A DNA stretch of 64,000 nt from Dehalococcoidia bacterium (GCA_963422525.1 OY730226.1:1368524-1432523); one strand, 5' to 3'. Positions 26,814 through 37,392 are shown, counted from the stretch's first letter. Notes: generated by a model not told the origin, from the sequence alone. Numbers and translations are program-made.

Positions 26814-26843
26814 AGCGTCCGGCATTCCACCGGACGCTTTTTA
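26814..26843 (+). terminator. rho-independent terminator/attenuator after the SBP gene
   Basis: A perfect 9-bp stem, agcgtccgg (26814-26822) with ccggacgct (26830-26838), a 7-nt loop, then TTTTT. Confidence 0.6.
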
Positions 26844-27028
26844 TGTTCTCTATGATATTCCTTGATATCCCTTCTCTATTCACCTCCTTATCACCTCCCT
26901 AACTCCTTACCTTGCTAGACCTTGCTAGCGCCGTCTTTGCGGGCAATGTGCAAAACGGAAGCATTATGCTAAAATCGGGCGCATGGCGGTCTTCCCAACA
27001 TTAAGCAACTCTGGCCACAGGCTTATTT

Positions 27029-28237
27029 ATGGTTGCTGATATAAAAAGCCTCACCTACCAGGGCGTTCCTGTCTGGCGTCACGCCCAGATTATCCGGTGG
27101 GTGGTTCAGATTGTGTCCGGCGTGCTGGTGGTCGCCTTGGTCGTCTGGTTCTTCGCCAATGTCACAAACGCCGTACAGGACAGAGACATTCCGCACGGCT
27201 TCAGCTTCCTGTCGCGTGAATACCAGACGCCCATTGGCGAGCATTTCATTCCCTACGAGTCGTCTGACACATTCTTGTATGCGATTGTAGTCGCTATTAC
27301 GAACACGCTGATAGTCTCTATTGCCGGTGTCATACTGGCGACGCTCTTAGGCATATTCATTGGCGTCGCGCGTCTGTCCGGCAACTGGCTCGTATCAAGG
27401 CTGGCGCTTGTCTATATTGAGTTTTTCCGTAATGTGCCGCTGCTCGTGCAGCTGCTCTTTTGGTTTTTCATCATACTTGCCTTGCCTGTGGAGAGCGACG
27501 CCTACAACATCTTTGCGGGCAATGCCTACATCAGCAACAGCGGCGTGTCCATGGCATGGCTAAGCCCAACGAACACTGCCGCTTCTACCGCCTGGATTAC
27601 GCTTGTGGTGGTGGCAATCGTTGCAGGCTTCATCGTCAATCGACGGTTAAATCGTCGCGAGATGCAGACTGGACAGGCATCATACCCGTTTATGGCAGGC
27701 TGGGCGACGGTGATAGTCATTGGCGTAGCGTCGTGGATAGTTGTCGGAATGATAGCAGGGGGATCTCCCTTCGCCGTTTCGTCTCCCGAACCGCAGGGGC
27801 AGTTCATGCGGATTTCGGGTGGCTTCACTTTGCGCGCGGGTTTGCTTGTAGTGCTGCTCGGGCTGGTGATGTACACAGCCGCTTTCATCGCTGAAATTGT
27901 GCGCGCCGGCATACAGTCGGTTAGCCGTGGTCAGACTGAGGCTGCGCGCGCGCTTGGACTGTCTCCGATGGAAACGCTTCGCAGCGTTACCTTTCCGCAG
28001 GCGCTGCGCGTCATAATACCCCCGTTAATCAGCCAGTGCCTGAACCTGACTAAGAACAGCAGCCTGGGGGGGGCAGTGGGCTACAGCGACTTGACCAGCG
28101 TGGCTCTAACGATGACGCAAACCGCGCCCGCGGTGTCAATCTTCTTGATAATCATGGCTTCTTACCTTGCTATGAGCCTCACATGGTCGTTGATTGGCAA
28201 CTTGTACAACCGTCGCGCCGGCTTCATCGGAGGATAG
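27029..28237 (+). CDS. amino-acid ABC transporter permease (AapQ-like)
   Basis: Polytopic, with the EAA-type loop QTEAARALGLSPMETLRSVTFPQA. Confidence 0.85.
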   Translation: MVADIKSLTYQGVPVWRHAQIIRWVVQIVSGVLVVALVVWFFANVTNAVQDRDIPHGFSFLSREYQTPIGEHFIPYESSDTFLYAIVVAITNTLIVSIAGVILATLLGIFIGVARLSGNWLVSRLALVYIEFFRNVPLLVQLLFWFFIILALPVESDAYNIFAGNAYISNSGVSMAWLSPTNTAASTAWITLVVVAIVAGFIVNRRLNRREMQTGQASYPFMAGWATVIVIGVASWIVVGMIAGGSPFAVSSPEPQGQFMRISGGFTLRAGLLVVLLGLVMYTAAFIAEIVRAGIQSVSRGQTEAARALGLSPMETLRSVTFPQALRVIIPPLISQCLNLTKNSSLGGAVGYSDLTSVALTMTQTAPAVSIFLIIMASYLAMSLTWSLIGNLYNRRAGFIGG

Positions 28238-28240
28238 GCT

Positions 28241-29479
28241 ATGGAAGCCAACCCCACAGCGCCATTGCTCCCTCCCCGATCGGAGGTTGGTATAGCCGGC
28301 TGGGCGCAGCGCAACTTGTTCGCCAACTGGCACAACAGCATTCTTACGCTTGTGTCTGCCATTCTGGTTGCGCTTGCCCTGTGGTTCGGACTAAAGTGGG
28401 TCATTGTTCAAGCTGACTGGACAGTGATTGTAAAGCTCGGCGGGGGCTTCATAATAGGGCAGTACAATACTGAAGCGGCGTGTTCGGGGCAGAACTGCTT
28501 CTGGCGGCCTCAGGTATCGCTGTTGATGGTAACCACCCTGACGGGCATGGCATGGGGCGTCGCGGGCGGCGGCGTTGCCCGCATCGTTGCGCTCTCTGTG
28601 GGCATAGTCGCGGCGGCATTCGCTCTGCTGCCGTACTCTATGGAAACGATGGGTATGGATGTGCGTCTGCTGCTTGCCGCCAACCTTCCTGCGCTGCTGA
28701 TTGGATGGGCGCTGGCGCGATACACGCCGCTGGGCAGTGCGCGATGGCTCTCTATTATGGGCGTACTGGCGTTCCTGCTGACACTGGTCTTGCTGCGCGG
28801 GCTGCAAGGAGTACCCGGACTCCAGCCTGTATCCGTCATTTACTGGGGCGGCTTAATGGTCAACCTGCTGCTTGCGGTAGGGGGCATTACCATCAGTCTG
28901 CCTATCGGGATTGCGCTTGCGCTGGGACGTCGTAGTGGCTTGCCGGTGGTCAAGACGTTGTGCGTCTTCTTCATCGAAGTGTTTCGCGGAGTGCCGTTGA
29001 TAACGCTGCTGTTCATGTCGCAGACTTTGGTGCCGCTGGCATTTCCCGAGGACTTCCCTCAAAATCAGCTCTTCCGCGCGGCAGTGGTAATTACGCTGTT
29101 TAGCGCCGCATACATGGCAGAGAACATTCGCGGCGGACTTCAGGCGCTGCATCCTGGACAGGCGGAGGCTGCGCGCGCGCTGGGGCTTGCCGGCTGGCAG
29201 ACTACCCTGCTCATCGAACTGCCGCAGGCTATACGCAATGTTATCCCCGCCATTGTGGGTCAGTTCATTGGGCTGTTCAAGGATACGAGCCTCGTCTATA
29301 TCATCGGCATGCTGGATATTGTAGAAGTCGGCAGAGCGTTCATACTGGGCACGCCCGAATACCGCGGCAGTTCGCGTGAACTTTTCGTCTTTGTGGCGCT
29401 GGTATTCTGGGTGTTCACCTATGGAATGTCTTATGTGAGCAGGCGGGTGGAACGGCATTTGGGCGTAGGTCTGCGATAG
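28241..29479 (+). CDS. amino-acid ABC transporter permease (AapM-like)
   Basis: Polytopic, with the EAA-type loop QAEAARALGLAGWQTTLLIELPQA. Confidence 0.85.
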   Translation: MEANPTAPLLPPRSEVGIAGWAQRNLFANWHNSILTLVSAILVALALWFGLKWVIVQADWTVIVKLGGGFIIGQYNTEAACSGQNCFWRPQVSLLMVTTLTGMAWGVAGGGVARIVALSVGIVAAAFALLPYSMETMGMDVRLLLAANLPALLIGWALARYTPLGSARWLSIMGVLAFLLTLVLLRGLQGVPGLQPVSVIYWGGLMVNLLLAVGGITISLPIGIALALGRRSGLPVVKTLCVFFIEVFRGVPLITLLFMSQTLVPLAFPEDFPQNQLFRAAVVITLFSAAYMAENIRGGLQALHPGQAEAARALGLAGWQTTLLIELPQAIRNVIPAIVGQFIGLFKDTSLVYIIGMLDIVEVGRAFILGTPEYRGSSRELFVFVALVFWVFTYGMSYVSRRVERHLGVGLR

Positions 29480-29608
29480 GTGGGTGGCGCGACTAGGCGG
29501 TCGCCGGCACAGTGGGCGGCATCCGGGGCGCGCGGCGGCGAATGCGAATGCTCTGCGGTCGTAGGGAATGCGCGTCGACAGTCTGGTAGAATAAAGGCGG
29601 AAGGTTTG

Positions 29609-29965
29609 ATGATGGCGATTAGGGGTTTTGGGGAGCGGCTGTCATCATTGGCTTTCTATATCGGGTTGGATCTGATAGTAGGGATGATGGCATATGTGGC
29701 GAGTCAAGGTGAGGCTGATTTGAGCGCGGGACAATTGATGATACGCGTAATGACGGCGGTGATACTGGCAAACGGCATAGTGGGAGGGCCGGACGCAATG
29801 CTTTTTTGGAGAGAGGCCGGACGGCGAGTTGAGGCTGAGGCCAAGCTAGACGAAGAGATGAAAGAGCATAAGAAAGCCCGAAGGGAGCGCAATGAAGCCC
29901 GCGCCAAAATTCGCGAGCTGGAAGAGGAGTTAGGGCGGCGAGATCGCCGTAATGGTGGTAAGTAG
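29609..29965 (+). CDS. hypothetical 2-TM membrane protein with Arg/Glu/Lys-rich coiled-coil tail, inserted in the aap operon
   Basis: ATG at 29609 preceded by aaggcggaagg. MMAIRGFGERLSSLAFYIGLDLIVGMMAYVA...LMIRVMTAVILANGIVGG, then RRVEAEAKLDEEMKEHKKARRERNEARAKIRELEEELGRRDRR. The 43 codons upstream in the track ORF look non-coding. Confidence 0.45.
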   Translation: MMAIRGFGERLSSLAFYIGLDLIVGMMAYVASQGEADLSAGQLMIRVMTAVILANGIVGGPDAMLFWREAGRRVEAEAKLDEEMKEHKKARRERNEARAKIRELEEELGRRDRRNGGK

Positions 29966-30004
29966 TTCGATGCGGTTCGTCTTGCATGCGGAGGGTTTGT
30001 GCCT

Positions 30005-30760
30005 ATGAACGAGGTTTCTGAGATAGTCGAGGACATAATCATCTGCCGCGATGTGAACAAGTGGTATGGAACTTTTCACGCGCTCAAAGATGTCAATGCA
30101 ACCGTGAAGCAGGGTGAAAAAATCGTGATAGTGGGGCCGTCCGGCTCCGGCAAGTCCACATTCATCCGCACAATCAACCGCCTCGAGGAGCATCAGAGCG
30201 GTGATATTGTCGTCGACGGGATTGAGCTTACTGAGGATGTTCGCAATATTGACGCGATCCGCAGCGAAGTGGGTATGGTGTTCCAGCAGTTTAACCTGTT
30301 CCCGCACCTCACTGTGATGGACAACATCACGCTTGCGCCCATCAAAGTCAGAAAGTGGCCACGAGCTCAGGCTGACCGGGTGGCAGGCGAGCTTTTGGAA
30401 CGGGTGGGCATATTCGACCAGGCTGACAAGTATCCGGCAGAGCTATCGGGCGGGCAGCAGCAACGAGTCGCCATTGCGCGCGCTCTTGCTATGCAGCCCA
30501 GGATAATGCTGTTCGATGAGCCTACATCGGCGCTTGACCCGGAGATGATCAACGAAGTGCTGGATGTTATGCGGGAGCTGGCTAACTCGGGGATGACCAT
30601 GCTGATTGTAACGCACGAGATCGGCTTTGCGCGAGAGGTCGCTGACCGTATCGTGATGTTCGACGAGGGGCGCATCGTCGAAGAAAACACAGCCGACGAG
30701 TTCTTCGACAATCCGAAGAGCGAACGCACCAAGTTATTTCTGTCGCAGATATTATCTTGA
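30005..30760 (+). CDS. amino-acid ABC transporter ATP-binding protein (AapP/GlnQ-like)
   Basis: Walker A GPSGSGKST, signature LSGGQQQR, Walker B IMLFDEPTSALD. The ATG at 30005 has better spacing from GGAGGG than the GTG at 29999. Confidence 0.9.
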   Translation: MNEVSEIVEDIIICRDVNKWYGTFHALKDVNATVKQGEKIVIVGPSGSGKSTFIRTINRLEEHQSGDIVVDGIELTEDVRNIDAIRSEVGMVFQQFNLFPHLTVMDNITLAPIKVRKWPRAQADRVAGELLERVGIFDQADKYPAELSGGQQQRVAIARALAMQPRIMLFDEPTSALDPEMINEVLDVMRELANSGMTMLIVTHEIGFAREVADRIVMFDEGRIVEENTADEFFDNPKSERTKLFLSQILS

Positions 30761-30782
30761 TTTAATCGAAACCGCTCACATC

Positions 30783-30811
30783 TTTACACTTTCAGATGTT
30801 GGGCATATAAT
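30783..30811 (+). promoter_or_regulatory. putative sigma-70-type promoter upstream of rpsA
   Basis: -35 TTTACA (30783-30788), 17-nt spacer, consensus -10 TATAAT (30806-30811). Confidence 0.45.
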
Positions 30812-30851
30812 ACGAATGTAGCCAAATAATAAGAAAGGCCTGAAAAGAGCC

Positions 30852-32423
30852 GTGACAACCCAATCTTCCTCCGACGAACCCGTCATCATACCCGACTCCG
30901 CGAGCGCCCAGGACGCCGATGCCCCACGCGGCACGACTACTGAGCCGCCACCCCCGCCTGCGTCGATTTCCGATGCGGATATAGCTTCTGAAACCGCGCC
31001 AGCCGATGTTTCACCGCAGCTATCGCAACCCCCGCCCGAACCTGTCGAAGACAGTGAATCCGCGTCGTCATCGCCCTCCTCGGTCGGCCTGCAGCAGGAT
31101 GCTGTGCCTGCGCCTGTCGCGGCGACTCAGCCGGCTGCGACAGCCGCGCCGATTGAATCCGAAGATGCGTCGATGGCTGATGAAGCCTCCTTGGAAGACG
31201 AAATGATGTATGAAGACGATATGTCCGACCTGTCCTTTGAGGACGAAGACGATGAAGACGGTTCTGATCGTGAAGGATCGTCTGGAATGCAGGACATGGG
31301 GCAGCTTCTGGACTCCATGGATCCTATTAAGCCTCTCCGTCGCGGCGATGTAGTCGAAGGCGTGGTGATGCGGATTGACGGCGACGGCATCCTGGTCAAC
31401 ATCGGCCACAAGTCAGAGGGCATTGTTCAGCAGCGCGAGATGAGAACGCTGAGCCATGAAGATGCGCAAGGCATTAAGCTGGGCGATGAGATTGTCACCT
31501 ACGTGCTTCGACCTGAATCTGCCGACAATGCCGCAATTCTGTCCATAGACCGCGCGCTTGGCGAGACAGGCTGGCGGGAGCTCGAAAAGTGCCTTGAGGA
31601 CAACGAGACTGTCGAAGGCAGCATCATAGGGTTCAATAAGGGCGGCGCTATCGTCGATGTTCGTAAGGTGCAGGGCTTCGTCCCCATGTCCCAGCTGGTG
31701 AGCGTTCCAAGGGACATATTTAGGGACAGGTCGGAAGCTGAAGAGGACCCTGATGCGGAGGCCCGGCGCGGCCAGCGCCAGTCGGAAGAGACGGGGAAGA
31801 CGCTTCAGCTTAAGATTCTTGAGATTAATCGCAGCCGTAACCGCGCCATCTTTTCGGAGCGTCAAGCAGTACAGGAGTGGCGCGACGCCCAGAAGGCTCG
31901 CCTAGTGCAGGAGCTTCAGGTCGGTGAAGTGCGCGACGGCACCGTTACGGGCATCAGCAACTTCGGCGCTTTCGTTGATCTTGGCGGCGCTGATGGGCTG
32001 GTGCATATCTCCGAAATGTCCTGGGGGCCTGTCGCAAGGCCCGAGGATGTGGTCTCAATCGGCGACAAGATCAAGGTGTATGTCCTGAGGGTGGATGTCG
32101 AAAACAGGAAGATTGCCCTTAGTTTGCGACGGCTCGAGCCGGAACCATGGGAGACTATCCACGAGCGATTGCATGTTGACGACATAGTTGACGCACAGAT
32201 TACGAAGTTGACGAACTTCGGCGCATTCGCCCGAGTAGAGGGCAACATCGAAGGTTTGATACATATCTCTGAGCTCTCCGACCGCGTAATCGGGCATCCG
32301 CGAGAGATCGTGCAAGAAGGCCAAGACGTGCGGTTGAAGGTTCTGCGAATCGAACCCGAACGCCGAAGGCTTGGCTTGAGCCTTAAGCAGACAATGGCGA
32401 ATCCGTTTATGAATTACCAGTAG
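30852..32423 (+). CDS. rpsA: 30S ribosomal protein S1-like (four S1 domains), possibly with a ~145-aa acidic/Pro-rich N-terminal extension
   Basis: Four S1 repeats (GDVVEGVVMRIDGDGILVNIG, VEGSIIGFNKGGAIVDV, RDGTVTGISNFGAFVDLG, VDAQITKLTNFGAFARVEG). The frame is open from the GTG at 30852. An alternative start is the ATG at 31287 (MQDMGQLLDS) after GAAGGA. Confidence 0.85.
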   Translation: MTTQSSSDEPVIIPDSASAQDADAPRGTTTEPPPPPASISDADIASETAPADVSPQLSQPPPEPVEDSESASSSPSSVGLQQDAVPAPVAATQPAATAAPIESEDASMADEASLEDEMMYEDDMSDLSFEDEDDEDGSDREGSSGMQDMGQLLDSMDPIKPLRRGDVVEGVVMRIDGDGILVNIGHKSEGIVQQREMRTLSHEDAQGIKLGDEIVTYVLRPESADNAAILSIDRALGETGWRELEKCLEDNETVEGSIIGFNKGGAIVDVRKVQGFVPMSQLVSVPRDIFRDRSEAEEDPDAEARRGQRQSEETGKTLQLKILEINRSRNRAIFSERQAVQEWRDAQKARLVQELQVGEVRDGTVTGISNFGAFVDLGGADGLVHISEMSWGPVARPEDVVSIGDKIKVYVLRVDVENRKIALSLRRLEPEPWETIHERLHVDDIVDAQITKLTNFGAFARVEGNIEGLIHISELSDRVIGHPREIVQEGQDVRLKVLRIEPERRRLGLSLKQTMANPFMNYQ

Positions 32424-32471
32424 GCGACACTGAAACTTAAGGCTATCCAAACTCCGTTTAGGAGACGTGAA

Positions 32472-34946
32472 ATGGCAAGCAGGTTTGAGAAATTTACTGA
32501 GAGAGCGCGTAGAGTGTTGTCGCTGGCACAAGAGGAAGCGCAGCGCTTCAATCACAACTACATTGGGACGGAGCATATCCTGCTGGGGCTTGTCCGAGAG
32601 ACGGACGGCGTAGCCGCAAGAGTGCTTTCGAACCTCGGAGTCGAGCTGCACAAAGTGCGCTCCGCGGTGGAGTTCATCATCGGAAGGGGCGAACGCTCCA
32701 CTCCGGGCGAAATCGGCCTTACGCCTCGCGCCAAGAAGGTCATCGAGTTGGCGGTTGACGAAGCCCGGCGACTTAACCATCACTACATTGGCACAGAGCA
32801 TCTCCTGATAGGGCTGATGCGTGAAGGCGAAGGCGTCGCTGCCGGCGTTCTGGAAAGCCTGGGCATCAATTTGGATAAGATACGGGGTGAAACGAGCCGT
32901 ATATTGTCGCAGTCTTCGCAAAGCCCCCAGGGCAGTGGCAGGCGCGGCAAGAACACTAGCAAAACCCCGATGCTGGACGAATTGGGGGTTGATCTTACCA
33001 AGCAGGCACGCGAAGGCAAGCTCGACCCGATGGTGGGTAGGAGCAACGAAATCCAGCGCGTAACCCAGATTCTCAGCCGGCGCACGAAGAACAACCCGGT
33101 TCTGGTGGGCGAACCGGGCGTCGGCAAAACCGCCATCGTGGAAGGTTTAGCGCAGCGCATCGCCAAGAATGAAGTGCCTTCAACGTTGCAAGGCAAGAGA
33201 CTGGTAACACTGGATATGGGGTCGCTTGTAGCCGGCACTAAGTATCGCGGCGAGTTCGAGGAACGCCTCAAGAAGGTCGTCAAGGAGATAACCGAGTCCG
33301 GCAAGTGTATCCTGTTCATAGACGAAGTGCATACGATGGTCGGCGCAGGCGCTGCCGAAGGCGCAGTCGATGCCGCCAACATCTTGAAACCATCCCTCGC
33401 CAGAGGTGATTTGCAGACGATAGGCGCGACAACACCCGACGAGTATCGCAAGTATCTGGAACGCGACACCGCGCTTGAACGAAGATTTCAGCCTGTGCAT
33501 GTGAGTGAGCCTTCGGTTGATGAGGCATTAGAGATACTCGAAGGTGTCAAAGGCGAATACGAAGATCATCACAAGCTTGAAATCTCTTATGACGCCCTGA
33601 AAGCGGCGGCGAGTATGGCCGCTCGCTTCATTTCAGACCGCTCTCTTCCTGACAAGGCAATCGACTTAATAGACGAAGCCGCCTCAAGAGTTCGCATAAA
33701 CAGCTCCGAGCAGCCACTGTCGCTGACCGAAGTAACGAATATGCTGGAGCGCGTTCGCAAGGAGAAGGATGAAGCAATCTCAACGCGCCAGTACGAGCAG
33801 GCTGCCGAACTGCGCGAGCGCGAGATGAACCTTGAAGAGAAGATGGGAGTTCTCCAGTCCGATTGGGAGAGCGAACGCGGCAACCAAAGCCCAATCGTCA
33901 CTGAGGATGACATCGCTGAAGTGGTGAACATGTGGACGGGCATTCCCGTCGCGCGGCTGGCATCCACCGAGTCTGAGCGCCTGGCGCGCATGGAGGAGAC
34001 CCTCCACAACCAGGTATCGGGCCAGGATGAGGCGATAACGACAATATCCAAAGCCGTGCGCCGCGCAAGAGCAGGGCTCAAGAACCCCAAGCGGCCGACG
34101 GGTGTGTTCCTGTTCCTTGGTCCCACCGGCGTGGGCAAAACTTACCTTGTTCAGAAGCTCGCCGAGTTCATGTTCGGCAGTGAGGACTCTATGATTCGGA
34201 TCGATATGTCCGAGTTCATGGACAGGCACACAGTTGCGCGGCTTGTTGGCGCGCCTCCGGGCTATATCGGCTACGACGAGGGCGGACAGCTTACCGAAGC
34301 CGTGCGCCGCCGCTCTTATAGCGTCATCCTGCTTGACGAGATTGAAAAGGCGCACCCTGAGGTGTTCAACATCTTGCTCCAGATATTCGACGACGGTCAT
34401 CTGACCGATGCCAAAGGGCGCAAGGTCGATTTCCGCAACACCGTCATTGCTATGACCAGCAACATCGGTTCCAACCTTATTCAGCAGGATCGCTCCATCG
34501 GTTTCTCCGCTAGGGGCGAGTCAGGCAGGACGGACGAGCAGGCGTATCAGCGCATGAAGAACAATGTGCTCGATGAGGTTAAGCGCTTCTTCCGCCCCGA
34601 GTTCCTGAACAGGATTGATGGCCAGGTCGTGTTCCACGCGCTGAGCCGCGAACATATGCGGGAGATAGTGAAGCTGCAGTTGAGCGATGTCTCCGGCGAA
34701 CTCATCGAACAAGGCATAATGATGGAGGTCTCCGATGCGGCGCGAGACTGGCTCTCAGAGAAGGGGTACGATCCGCAGTTCGGCGCAAGGCCGATGCGAC
34801 GCCTTATTCAAGACCACCTTGAAGACAAGCTTTCCGACGCCATTATCGCCGGGGAGCTAAGCCCGGGCGACACCGCACTTGTGGACCTCAACGATGACGA
34901 GGACGGCATGGTCGTTCACGCCAAAGAGGCAGTGCCTATCGCATAG
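32472..34946 (+). CDS. clpC: ATP-dependent Clp protease ATP-binding subunit ClpC
   Basis: Double Clp_N repeat ([11 protein letters not shown] / [11 protein letters not shown]), two AAA+ modules ([16 protein letters not shown]), a middle coiled-coil, and a C-terminal GARPMRR sensor. Confidence 0.95.
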   Translation: MASRFEKFTERARRVLSLAQEEAQRFNHNYIGTEHILLGLVRETDGVAARVLSNLGVELHKVRSAVEFIIGRGERSTPGEIGLTPRAKKVIELAVDEARRLNHHYIGTEHLLIGLMREGEGVAAGVLESLGINLDKIRGETSRILSQSSQSPQGSGRRGKNTSKTPMLDELGVDLTKQAREGKLDPMVGRSNEIQRVTQILSRRTKNNPVLVGEPGVGKTAIVEGLAQRIAKNEVPSTLQGKRLVTLDMGSLVAGTKYRGEFEERLKKVVKEITESGKCILFIDEVHTMVGAGAAEGAVDAANILKPSLARGDLQTIGATTPDEYRKYLERDTALERRFQPVHVSEPSVDEALEILEGVKGEYEDHHKLEISYDALKAAASMAARFISDRSLPDKAIDLIDEAASRVRINSSEQPLSLTEVTNMLERVRKEKDEAISTRQYEQAAELREREMNLEEKMGVLQSDWESERGNQSPIVTEDDIAEVVNMWTGIPVARLASTESERLARMEETLHNQVSGQDEAITTISKAVRRARAGLKNPKRPTGVFLFLGPTGVGKTYLVQKLAEFMFGSEDSMIRIDMSEFMDRHTVARLVGAPPGYIGYDEGGQLTEAVRRRSYSVILLDEIEKAHPEVFNILLQIFDDGHLTDAKGRKVDFRNTVIAMTSNIGSNLIQQDRSIGFSARGESGRTDEQAYQRMKNNVLDEVKRFFRPEFLNRIDGQVVFHALSREHMREIVKLQLSDVSGELIEQGIMMEVSDAARDWLSEKGYDPQFGARPMRRLIQDHLEDKLSDAIIAGELSPGDTALVDLNDDEDGMVVHAKEAVPIA

Positions 34947-34978
34947 AGCAGCCTACGCACATCATCGATTCGTTAGCG

Positions 34979-35012
34979 GAAGCCCGGTCCGATATTATGT
35001 CAGCCGGGCTTC
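34979..35012. terminator. hairpin between convergent clpC and the DMT transporter gene
   Basis: gaagcccgg (about 34980-34987) pairs with ccgggcttc (35004-35012) around a 16-nt loop. The T-tract is weak, so this is a tentative bidirectional terminator. Confidence 0.35.
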
Positions 35013-35032
35013 TCGCATGCAGCAGCCACCAT

Positions 35033-35941
35033 TCACTTGATTGTTACCGCAACCACGCCGCCCACGGTCATCACAATCGCCGCGAGCTTCACCGCAAGTA
35101 TCTTGCCTTGAAGCGGCTCATCCAGTACTTTCGATGCTCCTAGGCTCAACCCTATTCCCAATATGAACACGAACAGCGGCCGTATCGCCATAACCGTAAC
35201 TACCAGCGACACTGGGCCGGAGTAGATTGCCGAAAGCTGCAATATGATTGCCAGCAGTACCAGAAAGCCTTCGGTGAACACGGTCAGCCCCATCGCCGCC
35301 GGGTTGCGAATGGTGCGCACTAGGTCGGGGAGCGTCTCTCTTCTTATCATCAAGCCGATGCACGCGCTCGCCATGCCGAAGCCGCGCCACACGAACAGAG
35401 ACCAAATGTCTATGTCGTTTGCCACAACCTTGCTAAGATATTGGCTCAGACCGAACGATAGGCTCGACACCGTAAGCAGTAAGAAAGGCAACAGCCGGCT
35501 TTCGCTGCGCCGGTGTGGGTAGGTGGTGGGGCCAAATGACATCAGCGCCGCGCCGCTCATCGTAACGACTATGCCTACCCACGCGAGTGCGCCTATGCTT
35601 TCGCCCAGGAACATCTGAGCCAGAATCGCCACGAATATCGTGTGCGTGGAGGTAACGGGCACGACCCTGGACACATCCTGCTTGCTCATTACCCAGAACA
35701 TAAGGAGCAGGTAGATGCCTGCCAGGAGCCCCGATCCGTAGGATATGAGGGTAGTCTCTATTCCGTAACCGCCGAATTTGGCAAGCGGAAGCGCCAGCAA
35801 CGCCAGCCCAAGCTGGCAAACGCCCGCCAGAATAATAAACACTCTTGGCGTTGGCATGAACCTTTGAATCAGCGCCTTGTCCAGTGCGGACACGACCGCG
35901 AATGCCATTGCGCTGCCAAGAGATAGCGTTACCCAGTTCAT
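35033..35941 (-). CDS. EamA/DMT-family transporter
   Basis: 302 aa, about 10 hydrophobic segments in two EamA-like halves. ATGA overlap with the upstream gene. Confidence 0.8.
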   Translation of the reverse strand: MNWVTLSLGSAMAFAVVSALDKALIQRFMPTPRVFIILAGVCQLGLALLALPLAKFGGYGIETTLISYGSGLLAGIYLLLMFWVMSKQDVSRVVPVTSTHTIFVAILAQMFLGESIGALAWVGIVVTMSGAALMSFGPTTYPHRRSESRLLPFLLLTVSSLSFGLSQYLSKVVANDIDIWSLFVWRGFGMASACIGLMIRRETLPDLVRTIRNPAAMGLTVFTEGFLVLLAIILQLSAIYSGPVSLVVTVMAIRPLFVFILGIGLSLGASKVLDEPLQGKILAVKLAAIVMTVGGVVAVTIK

Positions 35942-37392
35942 TCGTGGCGGCGCAGGCGCGGCGAGTCGTCGATCATCCTGTTCAGCACATTAGCCGTTAT
36001 CGTTTGCGCCATCGGGTTGACGCCGAAGGTTCCGGGGCTGCTGCCGACGCTGACGGAGTTGATAGCCAGGCGCGCGGGGATGTGCCCCGGCGGGCATGAC
36101 AACCCTTCAGGCCACCATATAGAGCCGGCGTTGAACACCCAGTTGCCGGGTTCGCACGGATAGACTATCGCAGAATGGGCCGGCTCCTTCGGCGTTTTGC
36201 CGCCCTGAAAGAGCTCACTGCTTGCTACGACTTCCAAGCCCGGAATATCCGCCGGGCTGCCGTGATACTCCCAGCCCACGATTGCGGGAATGCTGTCGCC
36301 CTGCCGCAGCCCCATGCCCTCGAATATCCAGTGGTTTGGGTTCGTCACCGTCCAGTCGCCGTAGCCGGGTCCGTAGCTTTTCACGCCCATCAGCCTGTCT
36401 TCGTCTTCGAAGAGCCGCTTGCGCGAAAACACGCGGCAGGGCGCATCCGTAATGTCGCTTTCGTGAAACTCTATTTCCCAATAGACGGAGTTGCCGGACA
36501 AGAATGCGATGCTCATCCCGTCGTCCCTCGCCTTCATCACTTCGTCGAACATCTTCCGCGACCAGTACTCGTCGTGCCCCACCGAGATGAAGACTTTGCA
36601 GTTGTCGAGCGCCGATGGGTCGAGGTGCAGGTCTAGGTTGGAGCAGTAAGTGACATCATATCCCTGCTGTTCCAGCCAGAATGCCATAGGATGTTCCCAG
36701 AGCAGGAACTCGCCTGAGCCTAACGAGAGTGGCGCATCCATTATCTGGCAGTATTTGGCGTATGGCCGGTCGAAGCTTGCCCTCACTTCCGTTCCTTGAT
36801 ACCACACATTCGGCGTCCCGTCTGTGTAAATGGAATCGTTGCCGGGCCATTTGTTGTAAGCCTGCCATGTTATGTCGCTCGCTTGGCACAGGATGTCGGC
36901 TGTGCGTCTTGACTTGACGACAAAGGTGGCGTAGCTCTGAACGCCATAAGGCTTGTTGCGGGACAGCTTCGCCAGATAGACGCCGCTATGCCAGTCGTCG
37001 GGGATTTTCAGCGTGGCGCTCGTTTCCCATATGCATTCGCGCAGCCGCTGGACGGACATCATCGGCACCGGCTGGGCGTTGCCGCGATATGGACCAGTCC
37101 TGCCCATGTGCCTGCCGCCCAACCCGTCGTACCATCCCAGCCGGTAGAAGTCTATCGTGAACTCGCCCTCCGGCTCCATGCTCACCTTAATGTCAAGCGA
37201 TTCGCCCGGATATGCGCTCGTCTTGGATACATAGCCCTCTATCGCTGATGACCTCAGATGCCTCACCAGTGGAAAGGAGGCGAGCGTAACAGGGTCGTCG
37301 AATCTCACATTGCGAAGCTGCCATTCGAGCGTACCTTGCTTTCGGTTCTCTTCCATCGTGGGATTGTCGCGCGTACTGATACTATCTTTCAT
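35938..37392 (-). CDS. N,N-dimethylformamidase large-subunit-like (DUF6605-type) protein
   Basis: The blocks GYVSKTSAYPGESLDIKVS, ITWQAYNKWPG and VGHDEYWS match my recollection of this family. The assignment is from memory only. ATGA overlaps on both sides. Confidence 0.5.
   Translation of the reverse strand: MKDSISTRDNPTMEENRKQGTLEWQLRNVRFDDPVTLASFPLVRHLRSSAIEGYVSKTSAYPGESLDIKVSMEPEGEFTIDFYRLGWYDGLGGRHMGRTGPYRGNAQPVPMMSVQRLRECIWETSATLKIPDDWHSGVYLAKLSRNKPYGVQSYATFVVKSRRTADILCQASDITWQAYNKWPGNDSIYTDGTPNVWYQGTEVRASFDRPYAKYCQIMDAPLSLGSGEFLLWEHPMAFWLEQQGYDVTYCSNLDLHLDPSALDNCKVFISVGHDEYWSRKMFDEVMKARDDGMSIAFLSGNSVYWEIEFHESDITDAPCRVFSRKRLFEDEDRLMGVKSYGPGYGDWTVTNPNHWIFEGMGLRQGDSIPAIVGWEYHGSPADIPGLEVVASSELFQGGKTPKEPAHSAIVYPCEPGNWVFNAGSIWWPEGLSCPPGHIPARLAINSVSVGSSPGTFGVNPMAQTITANVLNRMIDDSPRLRRHE

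Noticed and set aside
29480-29608. N-terminal 43 codons of the track ORF 29480-29965.
   Set aside because: The GTG starts immediately after the aapM stop with no RBS, and the translation (GGATRRSPAQWAASGARGGECECS...) looks non-coding. The ATG at 29609 has a proper Shine-Dalgarno sequence.
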